From: an uncultured delta proteobacterium
GTDB lineage: Bacteria > Desulfobacterota > Zymogenia > Zymogenales > Zymogenaceae
Direction: 5' to 3'
Assembly (NCBI GenBank): GCA_963792965.1
Contig: CAWBYW010000016.1
Coordinates: 160,001-224,000, forward strand
DNA length: 64,000 nucleotides
Every line of letters starts with the position of its first letter. Position 1 is the stretch's first letter. The notes beneath the pieces were generated by a model that had not been told where the DNA came from, searched no databases, and was given only the letters and a program-made list of their open reading frames with translations. Both the position numbers and the translations under genes were made by a program. Positions 59,479-64,000 of the stretch are shown here, piece after piece.

Positions 59479-60240
59479 ATGGCCAAGATAATTGCCGTGG
59501 TCAGTCAAAAGGGTGGGGTCGGCAAGACCACAACAGCGGTGAACCTTGCCGCCAGTATGGCGGCCCTCGAGGCGCGGTCGCTGGTCGTCGGAATCGACCC
59601 TCAGTGCGGCGTTTCAGTCTCCTTCGGCATGGACAGCAAGAGCGTCTCCTACGGCGTCTTTAACGTCATCTATCACGATGTCCCGACGATGGAGGCCGTC
59701 CGCCATTCCGAAATCAAGTTCCTCGACGTAATCGTCAATAACACCGCCAACCCCGATGAGGAGGAGCTCCTTACCCAGGCGATGAGGAAGGAACGGTTTA
59801 AGCTCAAGGACAAGCTGGCCGAGATTGACAAATTCTACGACTTCATCGTGCTCGACTGCCCACCGGCGCTCAACTCGCTCACAATCTCCAGCATGATTGC
59901 CGCAAATTCTCTCCTGGTCCCGGTACAGGGCGAGTTCTTCTCCATGGACAGCCTGGGCAAGCTCCTCAGGGCCGCGCGTGAGGTGGCAAAGAGATACAAT
60001 CCTTCCCTCTACATCGAGGGTTTTCTCCTCACCATGGTGGACCACCGGACCAACCTCGGCAAGAAGATCAGCGAGAATCTGAAGCGAGCTATGGGAGACA
60101 AGGTCTTCACGACGGCGATCCCGCGAACGATCAGGCTGGCCGAGGCGCCGCTCATGAAAAAGCCGATTATCCTCTTTGACATCAGCTCGGTAGGCACCAA
60201 GGCCTACCTTTCGCTGGCGCAGGAGATCATGACGAAGTAG
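59479..60240 (+). CDS. ParA/Soj family ATPase, no adjacent parB
   Basis: Deviant Walker A QKGGVGKTTT; motifs IDPQ, LDCPP, TMVDHRT and IPRTIRLAEAP. Confidence 0.92.
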   Translation: MAKIIAVVSQKGGVGKTTTAVNLAASMAALEARSLVVGIDPQCGVSVSFGMDSKSVSYGVFNVIYHDVPTMEAVRHSEIKFLDVIVNNTANPDEEELLTQAMRKERFKLKDKLAEIDKFYDFIVLDCPPALNSLTISSMIAANSLLVPVQGEFFSMDSLGKLLRAAREVAKRYNPSLYIEGFLLTMVDHRTNLGKKISENLKRAMGDKVFTTAIPRTIRLAEAPLMKKPIILFDISSVGTKAYLSLAQEIMTK

Positions 60241-60759
60241 ACCGGACGGCTCGCCCATTCGTAATATACCTCTGAATGATACAGGAGATGCACCGAGCAT
60301 GAGCCGCGAAGAGACGTGATTGCCTTTTTCCAGATCCACTATTTTTCCACGCCACGCACACAGAAAATTCGGAGACATACAAGACGGAAGGGTTTTCGTC
60401 CAAGAGATACAGGATACAAAATACAATAGGGGATGCGCGTCAATAGCATACGCGGTCCCTGCGTTGCTCTATGTGCGGAAGGCTCACTCGTAATCCTCCC
60501 GCTTTCGAGACTCTTCCCGGTATCGCTCTTCTTGATTCACCGTAGATTCTTTAACAGAGGCGTCGTGAGCAAAACGATGGACACTAAAATATTAGAAAAA
60601 AAGTAATACTAATAGAGGCAAAGAGGGCTATTCTACGAGAGAAGGGAGCCCTGATCGAACGGCGGCATATTTCTTAGGCCTCGTGTATTGGCTCTTGCCA
60701 ACATATACTATATCTAAACCCTAAACATCTCAAACTGTTTTATTCAAGGAGGTACTGTC

Positions 60760-61308
60760 ATGGGCGACGCTGTAATCGGTCACGGAATGTTCGAGCTGCG
60801 TGAAAACGAAGAAATCTGGGGTGTCAATCGCCGTTTTGTTCTTTTCTCCAACGCACTATTACTTAACATGATGGAAAGGATCGAAGGCGTGTTGGGGCCG
60901 GTCGGTAAAAGGCAGATATATGAGGTCGGGTATTCATCGGGCAAATTGGGCGGAGAGAAGATGCGGCCCATATTCAAAGGAGGAATCGAACAGTTCAAAC
61001 AGCATGTCAACCTCAGCACTAATCTGGGCTGGGGAAAGATCAATACGATAGACTACGATGAAAAAGACGGGAAGATCGTGTTGGAGTACGTGAACACCTG
61101 GGAATCGGGGGGATACCGGGAAGTCCACGGAGATAAAAAGACGACGGGCTCGATCTGTCTGATCTCCGCGGGCCTTGCGGCGGGGGCCGCCGAGGGGGCT
61201 TTTGAGACTCCCTACGAATGCACCGAGGAGCTGTGCGTCTGCAAGGGCGATAAGGTGTGCCGATTCGTGGTAACGCCGATGGGCGAGAAACGAAAGATCC
61301 TCAAATAG
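60760..61308 (+). CDS. V4R domain protein (XylR_N-like N-terminus)
   Basis: Motifs NRRFVLF, LGWGKI, IC..AG and CTEELCVCKGDKVCRFVV; AGGAGG RBS. Confidence 0.8.
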   Translation: MGDAVIGHGMFELRENEEIWGVNRRFVLFSNALLLNMMERIEGVLGPVGKRQIYEVGYSSGKLGGEKMRPIFKGGIEQFKQHVNLSTNLGWGKINTIDYDEKDGKIVLEYVNTWESGGYREVHGDKKTTGSICLISAGLAAGAAEGAFETPYECTEELCVCKGDKVCRFVVTPMGEKRKILK

Positions 61309-61407
61309 GGCTGGCGCTTTTTGAGAATAAACCGGCCGAGAAAGACTCAAGGCTTTCTGAAGACGAACGAACGGGGGCCCGCCTCTCACAGGACATCGGC
61401 AATAAAT

Positions 61408-61435
61408 AGGAAAGGGGGCGTTCGCCCCCTTTCCT
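61408..61435. terminator. Hairpin between convergent genes
   Basis: AGGAAAGGGGGCG-tt-CGCCCCCTTTCCT. Confidence 0.65.
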
Positions 61436-61454
61436 CGTATCTTCGGATTCTCTG

Positions 61455-63322
61455 TTAAAACGCGAACGAGTCGGCCGAGATCTCCATAATCGAGAGGTCC
61501 TCGGTCTTGATGGCCTTGGCGATCGCGTCGGCCTGCGGAAGGATGTGATGGATGAAATACTTGGCTGCGGCGACCTTCCCCGAGTAATAGGCGGCGTCCG
61601 TGTTGTCTTTCAGGAAGGCGGCCCAGCCCGTCCAGTCGTTGGGGTCGGCGCCCTTTGCCTTCGCGAGGGCGTCGAGCTTTCCCTGCGCGATCACGGCCTG
61701 CCAGGCAAGCATCCAGCGCGCTAATGACGATAGCCATCAGGTTCAAGAACGGCGCGGCGTTGCCGACGGGGATGCAGGAATCGTCCCTCTTTTCCGCACT
61801 GGGCGAAGTATGCGCCCATGCCGGCCAAGAGATCGACGCCTTCTTTTACCTTGGCGATGAGGTCCTTGAGCTTGGCATTATTCGCCTCGGCGGTCACGAA
61901 GGTGTACATCTCGGTGAGGAGGAACATAAAGTTCTTCCCGCCCTTCTGGCCCAGCTTCCTGCCGACGAGATCCAGCGCCTGGATGCCGTTGGTCCCCTCG
62001 TAGATGGCGGCGATCTTCACGTCCCTGAGGATCTGCTCCACGGGATACTCCCGTGTATACCCGTAGCCGCCGTGCACCTGGATCGCCTTATCGGCCACCC
62101 AGAAGCCGACGTCCGACCCCCAGGACTTGACGATGGGGGTCATCACCTCCAGGATCCCGTGCCATTTCTCCCGCTCTTCCTCGGTCTTACCCGAAACCGC
62201 GTAGTCCTCGCACCGGGCCGTAAAGTAGAGCATGGCCCGCATGCTTTCCGTGTGGGACTTCATCCAGAGCAGCATCCGCCGCACGTCCGGGTGATTGATG
62301 ATGGGCACACGGGGCGCCTCGGCGTTTCTGAAGTTGACCAGGTCCGCCCCCTGCAGCCTCTCCTTGGCGTACTTGACCGAATAGAGATAAGCCCGGGAAG
62401 CGGCCGCCAGCCCCTGCATGCCCACGCCGATGCGCGCCTCGTTCATGAGGACGAACATGACCATCATCCCCTGGTTCTCCTGGCCCAACAGCTCGCCGTA
62501 GCACTTGCCGCTGTCGCCGAAGTTCATGAGGCACGTGGCCGAGCCGTTAATCCCCATCTTGTGCTCGATGCCGCCGATGTTATAGTCGTTGCGCTCGCCC
62601 AGGCTCCCGTCTTCCTTGACGCGGAATTTCGGGACGATAAAGATCGAAATCCCCTTCGTGCCGGCCGGCGCCCCCTCGATACGGGCCAGAACCGCATGGA
62701 CGATATTCTCGGTCAAATCGTGATCGCCGCCGGTGATGAATATCTTCGTGCCGGTAATGGAATAGGAGCCGTCGGGGTTCTTCTTGGCCGATGTCTTGAG
62801 GGCACCCACGTCGGAGCCGGCCGCGGGCTCCGTCAGGACCATGGTGCCGGCCCACTGCCCGGCGAACATCTTTTCCATGTAGAGCTTCTTCTGCCGATCG
62901 GTGCCGAACATCGCGATCAGGTGCGCCGCGCCCTCGGTCAGGCCGGTGTATGAGAGGAAGGGGAAGTTACAGTTGAAGTACTCCTTGGCCGCGGAGTTGA
63001 GGAGGAGGGGGAGCCCCTGCCCGCCGACCTCGGGCGGGTGCGAGAGACTGATCCATCCGCCTTCGGCGTAAAGCTTGAAGGCATTCTGGAAGACCTTGGG
63101 GACATACACGTTGCCGTTCTCTATCCGGCACCCCTCCTTGTCCCCCTCGGACACCGCGGGCTCGATCACGTCGACGGTAAGTTTACGCGCCTCTTCGAGG
63201 ACCATATCATATAGGTCTTTCGATTGGTCGGCATAGCGGGAAAGCTCGGGCAGCTTATCGAGCCCCAGCTGCTCATACAGCACGAATTTCTGGTCCCGCT
63301 CGTCAATGACGTAGTTACTCAT
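61455..63322 (-). CDS. Acyl-CoA dehydrogenase (long ~600-aa type), frameshifted near 61720-61780
   Basis: Motifs GGQGLP, MVLTEPAAGSD, GTKIFITGG, EHKMGINGSATC, QVHGGYGY and IYEGTNGIQALDL; tail GKVAAAKYFIHHILP lies in another frame. Confidence 0.92.
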
Positions 63323-63640
63323 TGTCCTCCTCCTTTGGTTTTCACGGAGTATATGAAGGGTTAGTAATAATTACCTGTCGGATACCCTACCGAATTTCGA
63401 TTCAGTTGTCAACAAATCTGTGAGGGTTTTAAAAAAAAGGGGGATTGGGGTGAAAAGAATACCGGAGAGCCACGATAGGTGATCGTGAGAGACGACGAAC
63501 TCAGACTGATGAATGCTCCCGGTTTTTGGTGGCCCTGGAGGACAAGAAAGAAGGGATAGGACCCTGTCAGCGAACGATCGGGCCGCCCACCCTTCTTCCC
63601 GTCCGGCCCCAAAAGAGCGAAGCCGTTTCGGGATGACTTC

Positions 63641-64000
63641 TCACGGCGTGACCTCCATTTCCATGAAGCAGAGGTTATGTTCCATCCTCCAGAGGATATC
63701 GAGGCGCCTGGCGACCTCACGAAACCCCGCGCGGAGATAAAACGTGTACGCCCGTGAGAGATCAAGGACCGTCACGAGACGGGCCCGACGAAATCCCGCG
63801 CGGCGTGAGAAGTCGAGGGCGCGTCCAAGCAGCTCCCTTCCGAGGCCGCGTCCCCGGAAGTCTTTATGCACCACGAGCCAGCGGATAAAGGCCGTGCCGT
63901 CTCCGACGCCGAGAACAAAGAGCACGCCGACGATGTTTTTTCCCGATCGGCAGACCAGGAAGAAATCGCGGCCGGGCTTGTTTTGCTCCAGCATCTCTTT
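63641..64000 (-). CDS. GNAT family N-acetyltransferase, 5' end outside the window
   Basis: Acetyl-CoA motif VHKDFRGRGLGRELL; AYTFYLRAGF. Confidence 0.85.
   Translation of the reverse strand, partial: KEMLEQNKPGRDFFLVCRSGKNIVGVLFVLGVGDGTAFIRWLVVHKDFRGRGLGRELLGRALDFSRRAGFRRARLVTVLDLSRAYTFYLRAGFREVARRLDILWRMEHNLCFMEMEVTP

Noticed and set aside
60600-60680. c-di-GMP or other riboswitch upstream of the V4R gene
   Set aside because: The GEMM consensus (GGCAAAC...GAAA...GACGCAAAGC) and other aptamer cores are not matched.

Overview
This is a GC-rich, gene-dense bacterial chromosome segment with about 60 genes. The Lgt/LspA, Mla/Mce, SelA, V4R and Cache content suggests an anaerobic diderm, probably Deltaproteobacteria/Desulfobacterota-like (inference). 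Housekeeping blocks include ecfA2-selA, rph-rdgB, an Opp/Dpp ABC operon, icd-mdh-fumarase alpha, mlaEFD, ileS-lspA-lgt, folK and wrbA. About a dozen genes, including the essential ileS, are split by single-base indels, which most likely reflects long-read assembly error. I found no rRNA, tRNA, CRISPR array, transposase or integrase. The best candidate for an undescribed system is a three-gene operon at 57.0-60.2 kb built from repurposed chemosensory parts. It encodes a doubly degenerate CheB, a kinase-less CheA-like protein (Hpt + dimerisation-like helices) with an inserted helix-hairpin-helix module, and an orphan Soj/ParA ATPase. Other leads are a radical SAM/twitch enzyme coupled to an unrecognised ~155-aa partner, tandem CDF paralogues with CX3CX3CX3C tails, tandem stand-alone secreted Cache domains, a duplicated TetR operator and a probable ATT start codon. 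All family calls come from motif recognition by eye; no database searches were run.
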